DNA of 26,721 nucleotides from a virus (IMGVR_UViG_2778260996_000006), one strand, 5' to 3'; numbered from the stretch's first letter, positions 9,454 to 19,426 are shown. Notes: generated by a model not told the origin, from the sequence alone. Translations and numbers: made by a program.

Positions 9454-9857
9454 AGCTGGCGACCGCCTGCACCGAACATCGTGATCAACTGATAAAATTC
9501 AGCGCCATATCGGGTGTTATTCCAGAAACCTGCATCAGGATTCAGCGTCGCGCTGGTGTCATAGCTGACGCTTACCTTATCCACGGACTTTGAGGACTGA
9601 ACACCATTGGTTGAACCGCCCGGACCACCAGCCAGCATCGCTCTGCTGTCAGCCGCCCAGAGCGTCATGTAGTGAGCAACGAACAACCCGGCAAAGTACG
9701 GAAACAACTTTTTGCCGGTGACATTTTCGCTCAGCAGTTCATCGGCCAGATTCAGACGGAACCCGATTTGGGCGTCGGGATATTTTGCCGGGTCAGCAAA
9801 CTGCGGGAAGTCGCGGCGAAAATCACTTACCGCTGGCAGACTTTGATTCTTTGACAT
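9450..9857 (-). CDS. hypothetical head-tail protein, start uncertain (ATG 9857 or 9869)
   Basis: ORF track trimmed; the long N-terminal extension in the track overlaps the upstream gene. Confidence 0.35.
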   Translation of the reverse strand: MSKNQSLPAVSDFRRDFPQFADPAKYPDAQIGFRLNLADELLSENVTGKKLFPYFAGLFVAHYMTLWAADSRAMLAGGPGGSTNGVQSSKSVDKVSVSYDTSATLNPDAGFWNNTRYGAEFYQLITMFGAGGRQL

Positions 9858-10191
9858 CTTTAGCCCCATTACCGCCAGTCCGGGCGGCAGTAATCTGCGC
9901 CTGCAGGCTGTCGTTCTGCTCCTGCAGTTTGAGCAATGCATCTTTAAGATCGGCAATCAGCTTATCTTTGTCGGCAATCTGCGCTTGCAGGCCGTCGATA
10001 ATGGGTTGCAGATCATCGGTGTCGCTAATCACGCTTTCGGAAAGCTCAGAGTGCGCCTGGGTGAACCAGTGCGACGCGACCTCTTCCGGTACGTTATGCC
10101 GTCCCCGGCCAAACTCCTGTTTTGACTGATCGCCGAGCGTCAGCGTAAACGGGGTGTGAACATGGATGGTAACCAGCTTTTCTTTCGCCAT
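9823..10191 (-). CDS. hypothetical virion protein with C-terminal coiled coil (122 aa)
   Basis: Start trimmed to MAKEKL (ATG 10191, AGGA RBS); heptad-like C-terminus. Confidence 0.45.
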   Translation of the reverse strand: MAKEKLVTIHVHTPFTLTLGDQSKQEFGRGRHNVPEEVASHWFTQAHSELSESVISDTDDLQPIIDGLQAQIADKDKLIADLKDALLKLQEQNDSLQAQITAARTGGNGAKDVKESKSASGK

Positions 10192-10205
10192 TTCAGTTTC
10201 CTTCA

Positions 10206-10221
10206 GGCCCCTTTCGGGGCC
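10206..10221 (-). other. stable stem-loop downstream of major capsid gene (GGCCCC-GAAA-GGGGCC, GNRA loop)
   Basis: Perfect 6-bp GC stem read directly; no U-tract follows, so probably an mRNA stability/processing element rather than a terminator. Confidence 0.4.
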
Positions 10222-10231
10222 ATTCTGGTTA

Positions 10232-11173
10232 TCAGATACCGTCCACATAGGACAGAGTTTCTTTATACACTGGCTCGACTGCACCCAGCTTGCCGTAGTA
10301 AGTGACGATCTGATACAGGCCGCGATACTGCACCGGCACGCTCTGAAGCGGAACCAGCGGGTAGCGGACGTATTTTTTATCGTTGGTGTACGCAACCATG
10401 CGATCCTTATTCCCCACACCACGGCCTTTCAGCCATTTAACCGCGCGGATATTCAGCGGAACACCGTTCTGGTGATAGCTGATGGTGTTGGTCTGAAGGT
10501 ACGTCAACAGGGACTGGTTACCCGCAGATGAAACGATGATGCTGGACAACAGAGCAAACTGTTCAGGCGGGATCAGCAAATCACGCGGGACCACAGAGTA
10601 ACCAGAAGCGGCCCACGCATCAGACAGCACCTGGTTAATGCTTGCGCGGATTTCGTCCGGTGTTGAGGTTGCCCACGTTTTGGCAGCGTTGTTGACAGGC
10701 ACGCCGTCCAGGGTAACAAGGCCTTTCAGGTTTAATGCGGAATCGCCAACATATACCTGTTCATCGTTATCCATCTGCCATTTCAGTTGCATCCCGTCAT
10801 ACTTCTGCGTATCAATCGGGCGGCCGACCTGCTGAGCAGCCTGCAATTCTATGACCGTCCAGCCAAGTTCCATCCCCCACAGGTTCAGCGGGTTACCGGA
10901 TTTGCCGGTATCCACGTTCACGCCAGCAATAGCGGTTGAGTCTTTGCCTACCCAGTTTTTGCCATTCGGATTTGCACCAGTACCCGCAGCGGCGAAGCTG
11001 GTATTCGTCCAGCTGGAAATGTCATCTGCGATAGAGACATCTTCACGCAACTGAATATCGCGGGTCCAGGTGTACCCCACCAGTGGCAGGTTCAGCGTCT
11101 GGTCGAGTCGCTCCAGCTCCCCGATGAGAAAGGCACCAGAGCTGTCAACGGTTGCCTGATCAAAAGTAATCAT
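10232..11173 (-). CDS. major capsid protein (313 aa)
   Basis: Position after protease/scaffold and a small structural gene; followed by a stabilising hairpin. Confidence 0.7.
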   Translation of the reverse strand: MITFDQATVDSSGAFLIGELERLDQTLNLPLVGYTWTRDIQLREDVSIADDISSWTNTSFAAAGTGANPNGKNWVGKDSTAIAGVNVDTGKSGNPLNLWGMELGWTVIELQAAQQVGRPIDTQKYDGMQLKWQMDNDEQVYVGDSALNLKGLVTLDGVPVNNAAKTWATSTPDEIRASINQVLSDAWAASGYSVVPRDLLIPPEQFALLSSIIVSSAGNQSLLTYLQTNTISYHQNGVPLNIRAVKWLKGRGVGNKDRMVAYTNDKKYVRYPLVPLQSVPVQYRGLYQIVTYYGKLGAVEPVYKETLSYVDGI

Positions 11174-11184
11174 TCGTCTGTTCC

Positions 11185-11691
11185 TTAAATCTTCCAGGAA
11201 ATTTCTGCATTGCCGTTAGCATCACCGGCACCTGTGAATTCAGCGTTGGTCAGCACCACATTTTTGCCACTGACTGACGTGGACATGAATCCACCCAGCG
11301 GCACTTTGATGGATTCATCAGTGGAGACGACAACGTATACCGGGTCGCCTTTTTTGATAGTGCTGGCATCAAAATCAGAACCGAGATTAACGGTCACGTA
11401 GCCACGCTTCATGGCGTCGCCCGGGAAGTTCTTGCCTGTTCCCACCTGGCGAACCATGTCCGGCTGCGACGTGGTCGGATAAGGGCGCACGTAGATCCCC
11501 TTCACCTTGTCTGCGGTATCACCATCTGCCAGCGGCACGAAAAAACCGTCATCATCGTATTTACCAGCCAGCCCATAGGCAGCGAAGGCGTTATCGGATT
11601 TAAGGACCACCGGTTCGACGGTTAAGTCCTGCGGGCGAGAGACAGCCCCGGCAATACCAACAGGCATCCGGTACAGAAATACATTATTCAT
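11185..11691 (-). CDS. head structural/decoration-like protein (168 aa)
   Basis: ORF track; position between scaffold/protease and capsid genes. Confidence 0.45.
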   Translation of the reverse strand: MNNVFLYRMPVGIAGAVSRPQDLTVEPVVLKSDNAFAAYGLAGKYDDDGFFVPLADGDTADKVKGIYVRPYPTTSQPDMVRQVGTGKNFPGDAMKRGYVTVNLGSDFDASTIKKGDPVYVVVSTDESIKVPLGGFMSTSVSGKNVVLTNAEFTGAGDANGNAEISWKI

Positions 11692-11694
11692 TTT

Positions 11695-12915
11695 TTACCC
11701 TTTACGGTTTGCCCAGAATTCAGCGTTTTGTTTGTTCAGGGAAGCGATACTGGTCATGCCCATGTTTAGGCGCTGTGCATCGCCGGTGGTGGCGCGGGTG
11801 TTTCGCCCTTTGGCAATCTCAGACACGGCATTAAACGCCATGTCGACCGATTGTTTCGGCAATTTGCGGATATCCGCATCACCGACTATCTGGCGAACCA
11901 GCGTTTTGTCAGCGGAAGCCAGAACCTCGCGTTTGAACGCGGTCGGTTTCATCTTACGGCTCAGATCGATACCCGGAACAATAACTTCGGCACGCCAGGC
12001 TGAGTCACCAGTAATCGTGGTTTCCTCTTCATCGTCCTCGCCGTCACCGGTCGGATTATCGTCAGGCTTATTATCGTTATCGCCCGTGGCATTTCCTTCC
12101 AGCTTAGCCAGCAGGGCTTTCAGTAATGTTTTGAGGTCATCATCACTGTCGCCGGTTGGGCCTCCCCCCATCTCTGGTGCTTTGTCCGGTAGTGGTTGCT
12201 GCGGGGACAGGTTGATATTGAGATTAACGCCCTGCGGCAAATCCCCCTCATCTCCTGTAACCGATGCGGGAGCCGACTCCACCAGTTCGTTCATGGTGTC
12301 GGCATCTCCTGTCTTGATGGCCGCACGCATGCGGTTCCACCAGTTTTTCTTTTGATTTGCCATTGTGTCTCTGTCTCCAATTGCACAACGATTTCCGGCT
12401 CTGCCTTTAGGGACAAGAGCCACATGGTTTCCGGTAATATCGACCTGCTCAGCTTTACCTGGCTCGGTCTGCTCGTACTCCGCGTCATAGCCGCACGACA
12501 CTTCGCGCAGGCCATCTTCGATAAGCTGAATGGCGTTTTCGTCTTTGACGATAAGGTCAGCCAGCATCAAATCAGACTGCTCACCCGTCCCGCGCCGGAC
12601 ATTCTGGAGGTGCCCGACAGCAAGCTCTTTCCAGTTCTCGGGATTTACCAGCCGCACATTCCCGTTTTCATCTTCAGGATGCAGAATCGTGATGCTCATC
12701 CCTTCGAATGAGGCAAGCGTGGCCGGATGGAATACCTGCTCAGGAGAACGCGTGACGACTATTTCACCGAACTTATCGGGTTTCAGTTTTGGCAGGTCAT
12801 CAGCACCATAGAGCTGCTTACCTGTTCGTCCTATCGGCACGTCTCTGCACAGCAACGAGCCGTCAGCCAGCTGATAGCGGGTTTCCCCCAGCCGGGTATT
12901 GAAAAAATATTTCAT
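11695..12915 (-). CDS. prohead protease/scaffold-like protein (406 aa; XkdF-like N-domain plus acidic low-complexity region)
   Basis: Position between head-morphogenesis and capsid genes; acidic D/E/G-rich central linker typical of scaffolds; family by recollection. Confidence 0.55.
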   Translation of the reverse strand: MKYFFNTRLGETRYQLADGSLLCRDVPIGRTGKQLYGADDLPKLKPDKFGEIVVTRSPEQVFHPATLASFEGMSITILHPEDENGNVRLVNPENWKELAVGHLQNVRRGTGEQSDLMLADLIVKDENAIQLIEDGLREVSCGYDAEYEQTEPGKAEQVDITGNHVALVPKGRAGNRCAIGDRDTMANQKKNWWNRMRAAIKTGDADTMNELVESAPASVTGDEGDLPQGVNLNINLSPQQPLPDKAPEMGGGPTGDSDDDLKTLLKALLAKLEGNATGDNDNKPDDNPTGDGEDDEEETTITGDSAWRAEVIVPGIDLSRKMKPTAFKREVLASADKTLVRQIVGDADIRKLPKQSVDMAFNAVSEIAKGRNTRATTGDAQRLNMGMTSIASLNKQNAEFWANRKG

Positions 12916-12929
12916 GTGTTACCTGCGAT

Positions 12930-13703
12930 TCAGGCGGGATAAGATTGGGAGGTGGGAAAAACGATTTCTTTATAACAGCGACAATTCGGGAGCTCGCCAG
13001 CGTGACCTGTCATGCCGTCAAGCGTTGGAGGTTTGCCCCATTCGACAAATTTACCTTCCATTTCCCGATGAGAATGCCTGACGTCACCATCTTCGGCTGT
13101 ACGCCAGATATAACTATTCGAACCAATTGACAGCGCACGCGCCTGATCCAGCGCGCCGGTTGCACGTCCAAGTTCAGTACGGGCAATCAGGTCAGCTCTG
13201 GACTTTGCTATATCACCCGATGCGGCTATTTCTTTAGCAAAATATTCTGCTCTCCCACCGGTCACAACAGCTTCTGTCGCCCGATTCTGGATGTCGTACA
13301 CCCTGTCAGCCGCCTCGAGGGGGAGCGATTTGATGTACTTGACCTGTTCGGCGATGATGGATTGCATCACCTGGCCCACAGGAGCGCTTTCCACAAGATT
13401 GCGGAGCTCGCGACTGATGTTCTTGCTGTGTTGCCGCCAAACTTTCTCGTTCTGCCGGGTTAGGTCCGCAGTAAAGTTTTCCGCGACCTTTGTCGCCCAG
13501 GGGGTGATGATTTCACTGTAGCGTTCCAGCGCCTCAATAATTTCCGTGATACTGTCATTTGAACCATCGTAGCGACCATTTACGATGTCTCCGACCGCCC
13601 GCGCTATCCTGCGTAGGCTGGTTCGATAGCGGATTTCCGCCTGACGGTTCCTGCGGTTCGTCATCAGATTCGCCGATGCCGGGCGGCGCTTCATCTTCGG
13701 CAT
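12930..13703 (-). CDS. head morphogenesis protein, Mu F / SPP1 gp7 family
   Basis: Recognisable MuF-like C-terminal motifs (RTAEDGDVRHSH, NCRCY); true start uncertain because the ORF overlaps the portal 3' end by 148 nt. Confidence 0.7.
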   Translation of the reverse strand: MPKMKRRPASANLMTNRRNRQAEIRYRTSLRRIARAVGDIVNGRYDGSNDSITEIIEALERYSEIITPWATKVAENFTADLTRQNEKVWRQHSKNISRELRNLVESAPVGQVMQSIIAEQVKYIKSLPLEAADRVYDIQNRATEAVVTGGRAEYFAKEIAASGDIAKSRADLIARTELGRATGALDQARALSIGSNSYIWRTAEDGDVRHSHREMEGKFVEWGKPPTLDGMTGHAGELPNCRCYKEIVFPTSQSYPA

Positions 13704-15021
13704 TCTCGATGTCCTCGTCGGTAATGGATGCCCCGATGCCGGTTACGTCAGAATTTTCGCGCAAATCAGTCATAGCGGCTTTCAGTGTCATCAGACCATC
13801 ACCCAGCGCCGTACTGATTGCGTTGGTAGTGTTTAACGCCACCGTTGAGCGATCGACATCAGACATTTGCCAGAGCGGGTTAAACTCAAACGTGAAATCG
13901 TCCGGCAGCGGCTTGCCAAGCTCCGAACGATGCATGATGTCCAGTATCCGCCGCACCGGAAGACGTAAACGCCTCTCCTGTAACGAGCTTACCCGGTCGT
14001 AATAGTTGGCAAGGTCTGCATCGCCGGTAGAAAATCCTTTCGGGGACTGTCCGAACAACCGCACCAGTGGGATACCAACAGCGCCACTAATCTGTTCTGC
14101 AAACTGCGAAAGGATGTCATCCAGACCACTGAAGCTGTACTGATGCGTTTCAAACTTATCCCGCGAGTCCATGAGTGTCATACCTTCATTGCTCTGGAAC
14201 TGTCGAATCAGGTCGATATTCTTCAGCAACGCTTCATACGCAGGACCACCAAGTGCGATAAGCTCGCGTAGCTTCTCCACGCTGTAGGTGCGCAGATGCG
14301 CCTTGTAGACCAGCTGCGCCGCGCCGACAGTAGCGCTGTCGAACGCGGTAAGACGATCCCAGATACGCTCTACAACCGACATTCCCCATTCGTTCTCGGT
14401 CATCTTCTGCTGAAATGGCAGCGTGACGCCATCAAAGCGAATCAGGCGACTGTGATGAATGCGCCAGGCAGGAATTCCCGTTGCTGTGGTCACCACATCG
14501 TAAAACTCAGGTTTACCCAGGTCCGGCCCCATATCTTTAATGCGGCGGGTCAGTACCGGGTCGATCATCCAGCGGTCGAGCGGGAGAATCCCCTTAAACT
14601 TGCCCTTACCGATGGTTTCGGGTCGCAGCGGGGTCATTGGTGCCTGCCCCTCAATCATGATGAAACCCACCGCGCCGCCGTAGAGGCGCGACCATTTCAG
14701 CACGTCATTCAGCGCATCCCAGATTTGCAACTCATCCAGTTGTGATTCGAGAATGCCACGATCTTTTGCATCAATTTCCGACGTGATGCGAATGCCTTTG
14801 CGGGTCATATCATCCGGGATAGCATCGACTGCTTCGCCGATGATCCAGGATGAACGATAGGACCATTCCACCAGCATGCGGTTACGACTGGTGAAATTAG
14901 CCCGGTAGGTGGATGCTGAGTGCTGGTTAGGTGTCTGCATCCCTACGCGGGCAATAAAATTCTCATAACCATCAGCTGTGGCCTGCGCAGTTCGCCGCAG
15001 GGCTTGTTTGTTTCGTGCCAT
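13555..15021 (-). CDS. portal protein (488 aa)
   Basis: Size, acidic C-terminal tail, position directly after large terminase. Confidence 0.75.
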   Translation of the reverse strand: MARNKQALRRTAQATADGYENFIARVGMQTPNQHSASTYRANFTSRNRMLVEWSYRSSWIIGEAVDAIPDDMTRKGIRITSEIDAKDRGILESQLDELQIWDALNDVLKWSRLYGGAVGFIMIEGQAPMTPLRPETIGKGKFKGILPLDRWMIDPVLTRRIKDMGPDLGKPEFYDVVTTATGIPAWRIHHSRLIRFDGVTLPFQQKMTENEWGMSVVERIWDRLTAFDSATVGAAQLVYKAHLRTYSVEKLRELIALGGPAYEALLKNIDLIRQFQSNEGMTLMDSRDKFETHQYSFSGLDDILSQFAEQISGAVGIPLVRLFGQSPKGFSTGDADLANYYDRVSSLQERRLRLPVRRILDIMHRSELGKPLPDDFTFEFNPLWQMSDVDRSTVALNTTNAISTALGDGLMTLKAAMTDLRENSDVTGIGASITDEDIENAEDEAPPGIGESDDEPQEPSGGNPLSNQPTQDSAGGRRHRKWSLRWFK

Positions 15022-16643
15022 CAGGCCTGTCTCCCTAGCAGCTCCCAGATGTTCAGGGCTGAATTCATTGGGGCATAGTTGATCATCACCGAGTCGGCAA
15101 GGTTTGGCGATCGGGTTCCATCAGGCTGTTTATCAATAACGATTTTTCCCACACCATTAATGGAATAGGTCGGCTGCGAAAGCTCGATGATGAGTTTATC
15201 TTTGAGTGCCATGCTACTGCTGATTGAGATGATTTCGTCCGGGTTGTAAGCCATACCTTCAACCACGGCGCGCCAGGTATTCTGAAAAAGTTTACGTAAC
15301 CGCCACCAGCTCTGGGCTTTGGCGTTAGCGAAGAAGTCCTTGTTCAGACGTGCGGCTTGCCCGTTGTCCCCGCGAACAGCTTCATCATCCGGATCAAATA
15401 CCGCGCCACTACCTCGAAACGGTGTGGCAAGTATTGACGGTCGACGCGCAGCGTTACGCAGTTCGTTGATAGCGCGTGCATCGCCGCGAACGCCAGCGCC
15501 CAGCCCGTCCTCGTCAAAGCGAAACTCTTCGAGGTTGTCCTGTTCGCAAAAGCCGAAAACCTTCTCGACGGACTGATAAATGTCGCTGCCCACACCGGAC
15601 CATTCCCGCACATTTTCCAGGAGGAAGCCATGACGGGTGGAAAAGGCATTTTTGTCCCTGCCTTCGTCGGCGACATCCATCGCGCCAAGTCGTTTGCCTG
15701 TTGGCTGGATACCCAGTTTGATATGCGCATCAACGGCAGCCTGTACCCATTCGGATGGAATCAGAACGCCTTCCGCTGATGCGCTGTAGTTCAGATCAAG
15801 TTCCTGTGCCACCACCACCGGATTATCGATTTTCTCGCATTCCCTGCGATACCACTCTTCATCCTTGCGAGGATCATCCCGCCAGTGGAATGTGAATACC
15901 GGTATCTTCCCGCCATGACGCTTCTGAGCGAACGGGTTAGCCATGCCGTTAACTGAACTCAGGTCGATACGGCAACGCGTCGTTTGTGACAACGCCGCAT
16001 CAATCAGCAGAGGACGCTGAAGGAATGCAGCCTCATCAACCAGATAAAGCGTGGTACGGTCACCACGACCAATATTATCGCCAGCCTCGCCTTTGATAAC
16101 GGCACCAGTTTCAGGAAACTCAACACGCATATATGGCGCGTGCTTCTTCTCGCTCCACGAACCGCGAAACTCTACAGGTAGCGTTTCCACGAACTTGCGT
16201 GCCTTCCAGAACAATGCTTTCGGGTCACCGGTGCTGTCGACGTATTCCTCTTTACGGGAGCCGAAACCGATAACCATTTCTTTGTTGAAGAGACAAAGCG
16301 AGCAGGCCAGTCCGATCGCGGTCCAACTGAGCCCCATTTCACGGGATTTTTCGGTAATACCATTCTCCCGATTGCCCCAGCGTTCCATAATCCAGTGGAT
16401 CCACTCCTCCTGCTTAGGGAAGAGTAAAAACGGAATGGTCACCGGCAGGCCATAATCAATATTACGCGGGTCCGTTGTCATGCCCCAGTCGATGATGAAC
16501 TGAGCCGGATTGGTTCGGTAAAACTGCTTCAATACGGGCAATATTTCAGGATTCTGGCGAATGCGCTGTAGGCGTTCCATCCGCCATTCAAAAACCATCT
16601 GGTAATCAGGATGTTTAAAATCGAAGGGGAATGGTAACGGCAT
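15021..16643 (-). CDS. terminase large subunit (540 aa)
   Basis: N-terminal ATPase with Walker-B-like [10 protein letters not shown]-terminal nuclease-like region; position after small terminase. Confidence 0.85.
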   Translation of the reverse strand: MPLPFPFDFKHPDYQMVFEWRMERLQRIRQNPEILPVLKQFYRTNPAQFIIDWGMTTDPRNIDYGLPVTIPFLLFPKQEEWIHWIMERWGNRENGITEKSREMGLSWTAIGLACSLCLFNKEMVIGFGSRKEEYVDSTGDPKALFWKARKFVETLPVEFRGSWSEKKHAPYMRVEFPETGAVIKGEAGDNIGRGDRTTLYLVDEAAFLQRPLLIDAALSQTTRCRIDLSSVNGMANPFAQKRHGGKIPVFTFHWRDDPRKDEEWYRRECEKIDNPVVVAQELDLNYSASAEGVLIPSEWVQAAVDAHIKLGIQPTGKRLGAMDVADEGRDKNAFSTRHGFLLENVREWSGVGSDIYQSVEKVFGFCEQDNLEEFRFDEDGLGAGVRGDARAINELRNAARRPSILATPFRGSGAVFDPDDEAVRGDNGQAARLNKDFFANAKAQSWWRLRKLFQNTWRAVVEGMAYNPDEIISISSSMALKDKLIIELSQPTYSINGVGKIVIDKQPDGTRSPNLADSVMINYAPMNSALNIWELLGRQA

Positions 16644-16645
16644 AC

Positions 16646-17218
16646 TTAGCCCATCATTTTTCTATACGCCTCTGCAGCCTGCTCCGGCGTTAAGTTGGTA
16701 ATTTCTGTTCTGACGGGTCCTCCATCAGCGCCAGTCACTTCATTTTTGACGTTGTCTTTAAACGCCTGAACAGAAACATGACGCCCAAGCAACTCAAGGT
16801 TTTTAACCTTATCAGGCCACTTAATCTTTTTAAGGATCCCGACCATTTCTCTGTCATCTCCTCGCCCCTCAAACATTTCAGCGAGGTTAAATCCACTCAG
16901 GTACCGACGCCACGATTCCGGCCACGCAGACAGAGGCTTAATACTTAAATCGTCCTCCAGGATGTCAGCCACATCGAGCCTGTCGATCTCAACCAGTCGC
17001 ATCAGCACATAATTAGCATCAATGCCCAGTTGATCAATACGCTCCTGCTTTAGCTCGTTAATACGGGCGCGTATCTCAGGTTTACCGTATAGTTCAGCCC
17101 CCGTAACATGTGCTCGCCTGGAGACGTAGCCTGCGCGAATAGCTGCTTGTGTAGCATTCAGATCGACAAGAAACTCGCGACAAAACACCTCGTGTTTTGC
17201 TTTCAGCTTCTTAGTCAT
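16646..17218 (-). CDS. terminase small subunit (190 aa)
   Basis: Small-terminase-like N-terminal sequence [31 protein letters not shown]; immediately upstream of TerL. Confidence 0.75.
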   Translation of the reverse strand: MTKKLKAKHEVFCREFLVDLNATQAAIRAGYVSRRAHVTGAELYGKPEIRARINELKQERIDQLGIDANYVLMRLVEIDRLDVADILEDDLSIKPLSAWPESWRRYLSGFNLAEMFEGRGDDREMVGILKKIKWPDKVKNLELLGRHVSVQAFKDNVKNEVTGADGGPVRTEITNLTPEQAAEAYRKMMG

Positions 17219-17279
17219 TTTATTTTCCAGTTATCAGGTCATTATCGAAGCCCCTCCTGGAAGAGCTTCTGTAATGCTA

Positions 17280-17804
17280 TTACCGGGACTGTTCTATTTG
17301 TCGGACACCAGCCAACTGGTTATTCGCCTTCTCGATGGCTGCCAACAGTGGGTTAATCCACAGAACAGCCTGGCAATATGTCAACGTTCTGGTGGTAGTG
17401 GCACGATCACCGGCTGAGTCAATGTCCCCGGAATCGGCGTGCAATGCGCTGGCGCGTAAACGGTTCGCGTAGTTGAGCAACCCGACAGCAATATCAACAG
17501 GAACAGGGAAATCACAGTTCTTTTCACGGAGCAGAACCTCACGGTATTTGATGACTGTCTTCTCGTGACCGATGTCGACCAGAGAATTTAATCGGCTTGC
17601 GTTTTCTGCTATCTGGTTAAAACGATTGAAGTTTAATGCCTGATTAGCTATCACTTTCCCTTGATATTCAGCTTCACCTTCCGCTTTATCAGCCCGCAAC
17701 TTTTCTGCCTGATACTTGCTGTGGTAATGGTTTGCAGACCAGACGAGCGCCCCAAAGGCAGAGAAGAAAAATGCCGCGATGACAATCTTATAAGTCAGCT
17801 TCAT
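17280..17804 (-). CDS. Rz: i-spanin (Rz-like)
   Basis: N-terminal TM anchor, periplasmic body, position after endolysin, embedded lipoprotein ORF. Confidence 0.7.
   Translation of the reverse strand: MKLTYKIVIAAFFFSAFGALVWSANHYHSKYQAEKLRADKAEGEAEYQGKVIANQALNFNRFNQIAENASRLNSLVDIGHEKTVIKYREVLLREKNCDFPVPVDIAVGLLNYANRLRASALHADSGDIDSAGDRATTTRTLTYCQAVLWINPLLAAIEKANNQLAGVRQIEQSR
17381..17527 (-). CDS. Rz1: o-spanin (Rz1-like outer-membrane lipoprotein, 48 aa) embedded in the +1 frame of Rz
   Basis: GTG start with GAGG 9 nt upstream; MKRTVISLFLLILLSGC lipobox followed by Pro-rich mature peptide; missing from the ORF track. Confidence 0.6.
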   Translation of the reverse strand: MKRTVISLFLLILLSGCSTTRTVYAPAHCTPIPGTLTQPVIVPLPPER

Positions 17805-18264
17805 TTACCACCCCACCAGCATCTTTAAACCTGGAAATCAGGTCACCGATTTTATGTTCATACTGACCGTAACCTGCACCAGGTAACGACGCCCAGATAT
17901 TGCTGCAACGGTCGATTGCCTGACGAATATCGCCACGGTCAATCATCGGTAAAGCGCCACGCTCTTTAATCTGCTGCAGCGCCACAGCGTCCTGACTTTC
18001 TGGCGAAAAATCTTTCAGGCCAAGCTGCTTGCGGTAGGCATCCCACCAGCGTGAAAGAAGCTGATACCGGCCTGCGGCTGTTGATTTAAGCTTCGGGTTT
18101 AGCGTGACAAGTTTGCGAGGGTGATCGGAGTAATCAGTGAACAACTCACCTCCGACGATAACGTCATAACCGTGATTACGTGTCGGTTGTCGCCCGTTAT
18201 CCGTTCCTTCTGACCATGCCACCATATCCAGGAAAGCTTTGCGTTGGGAATTTAGTGTCTGCAT
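17788..18264 (-). CDS. R: endolysin, lambda R-type lytic transglycosylase (158 aa)
   Basis: Near-identical to lambda R over most of its length as recalled (NSQRKAFLDMVAWSEGTDNGRQ..., DAVALQQIKERGALPMIDRGDIRQAIDRCSNIWASLPGAGYGQ). Confidence 0.95.
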   Translation of the reverse strand: MQTLNSQRKAFLDMVAWSEGTDNGRQPTRNHGYDVIVGGELFTDYSDHPRKLVTLNPKLKSTAAGRYQLLSRWWDAYRKQLGLKDFSPESQDAVALQQIKERGALPMIDRGDIRQAIDRCSNIWASLPGAGYGQYEHKIGDLISRFKDAGGVVNEADL

Positions 18265-18267
18265 GAA

Positions 18268-18609
18268 TTACTCCTTAGAGCCACCAAACTTGTTACCGAT
18301 TACTCGCATTGCAGCCCCACGAATAGCATCGACACCGATCAGCCCAACACCACCACCAATGGCAACAGAAAGAGATTTAGGCCATCCAACATACTCAAGA
18401 GCGGATGCAAAGGTCAGCGTCAGAGCACCACAGAGCAAAATCTCAAGCGTTTTTCGTTTCCAGCCGCCGCCACCGCCAAAATAGGCAATGCGCAAGCCAG
18501 CCATAACAATTGACATAACCACTGCGCCCAACGGCGTATCTCCACGCCACCAACTTTGTAAGAGTTCCAGTAAGTCAGGCCAGGAATGAGGAGCATTGTG
18601 CATTTTCAT
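18268..18609 (-). CDS. S: class I holin with dual-start (MKM) motif
   Basis: Start trimmed to ATG 18609 (GGAGG upstream); MKM start as in lambda S; lambda-S-like hydrophobic core. Confidence 0.8.
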   Translation of the reverse strand: MKMHNAPHSWPDLLELLQSWWRGDTPLGAVVMSIVMAGLRIAYFGGGGGWKRKTLEILLCGALTLTFASALEYVGWPKSLSVAIGGGVGLIGVDAIRGAAMRVIGNKFGGSKE

Positions 18610-18710
18610 ACTTCCCACCTCCGCCATTACGGGGTGTTGTTGAAAGGCGGGCCCTGCGTATACGCCCGTAGGATTGGGTTATGAGCCGTCCTTCGGTGGG
18701 CCCTGAATAC

Positions 18711-18733
18711 AAAAAAAGTTCGCCATAGCGAAC
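18711..18733 (-). terminator. intrinsic terminator in the late leader (tR'-like)
   Basis: Minus-strand GUUCGC-UAUG-GCGAAC hairpin (plus 18718-18733) followed by 7 U (rc of 18711-18717), about 85 nt upstream of the holin start. Confidence 0.5.
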
Positions 18734-19218
18734 CTTGTTAAATTTGTTAAAAAAGGAAGTTATTTAACATAATGTACGTTATAGGAACCACACGATCCCC
18801 GCTCGCAATAGATTTGCGATGAAAGGCCTATTTAATCAACTTAAGTGGTCCAGAATGACGAAATTCGAGTGAATAAAAGGTGCATAAAAAAGGGCAAAAA
18901 CTGCATAGCGTTTTTTCGCAGCGAAAGCCCTGTTTTATTAGCTTTTCCCCAGAATGGGGCAATAAAAAAGGCCCCCTTGCGGAAGCCTCTTCGTGATGAA
19001 CTGTTTTCAACAGATATCAGGCTAATCGGCTTTTTGGAATTCCACAACTATTTTTTATCTTACCTTGATGCCTGATGCCGTCAGATGTTTACGACAGTCC
19101 TGAATACCTTCGTTATAACCCGCATCGTAGAAGCTATCCGGCTTTGCCTTCAGCGCAGGAAGCGTAACGCTGGTAGCTCTTCGTTCGGCCAGAACACCTG
19201 CCTGAAAGAGTGTCCACA

Positions 19219-19395
19219 TCAACTGAACTGCTGAATCACAGTAAGTAACATCTTCACTGTACAATTCTCGTTCAATCCGATGCCAAGTTGAGCCTTCATT
19301 GATGCGCCAATATTACCTTTGACCTGCAACGACAGGTCTGGGTACCTCTGTTCCATGAAGCTTTCAAATCTGTTGCGAACGCTGATCAGAGCCAT
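19219..19395 (-). CDS. small hypothetical ORF (58 aa) downstream of Q; coding status uncertain
   Basis: ATG 19395 with AAGGGA RBS 31 nt after Q stop; overlaps a second open frame (19055..19264) with no ATG start. Confidence 0.3.
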   Translation of the reverse strand: MALISVRNRFESFMEQRYPDLSLQVKGNIGASMKAQLGIGLNENCTVKMLLTVIQQFS

Positions 19396-19426
19396 CTGGT
19401 TCCCTTACGTGATTGATTGCTGGATA

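Noticed and set aside
18828-19075. Small ORFs on both strands in the Q-holin leader (18828..19010, 18841..19047, 18845..19075)
   Set aside because: AT-rich, low-complexity translations, mutually overlapping, no RBS; more likely non-coding leader with promoter and terminator
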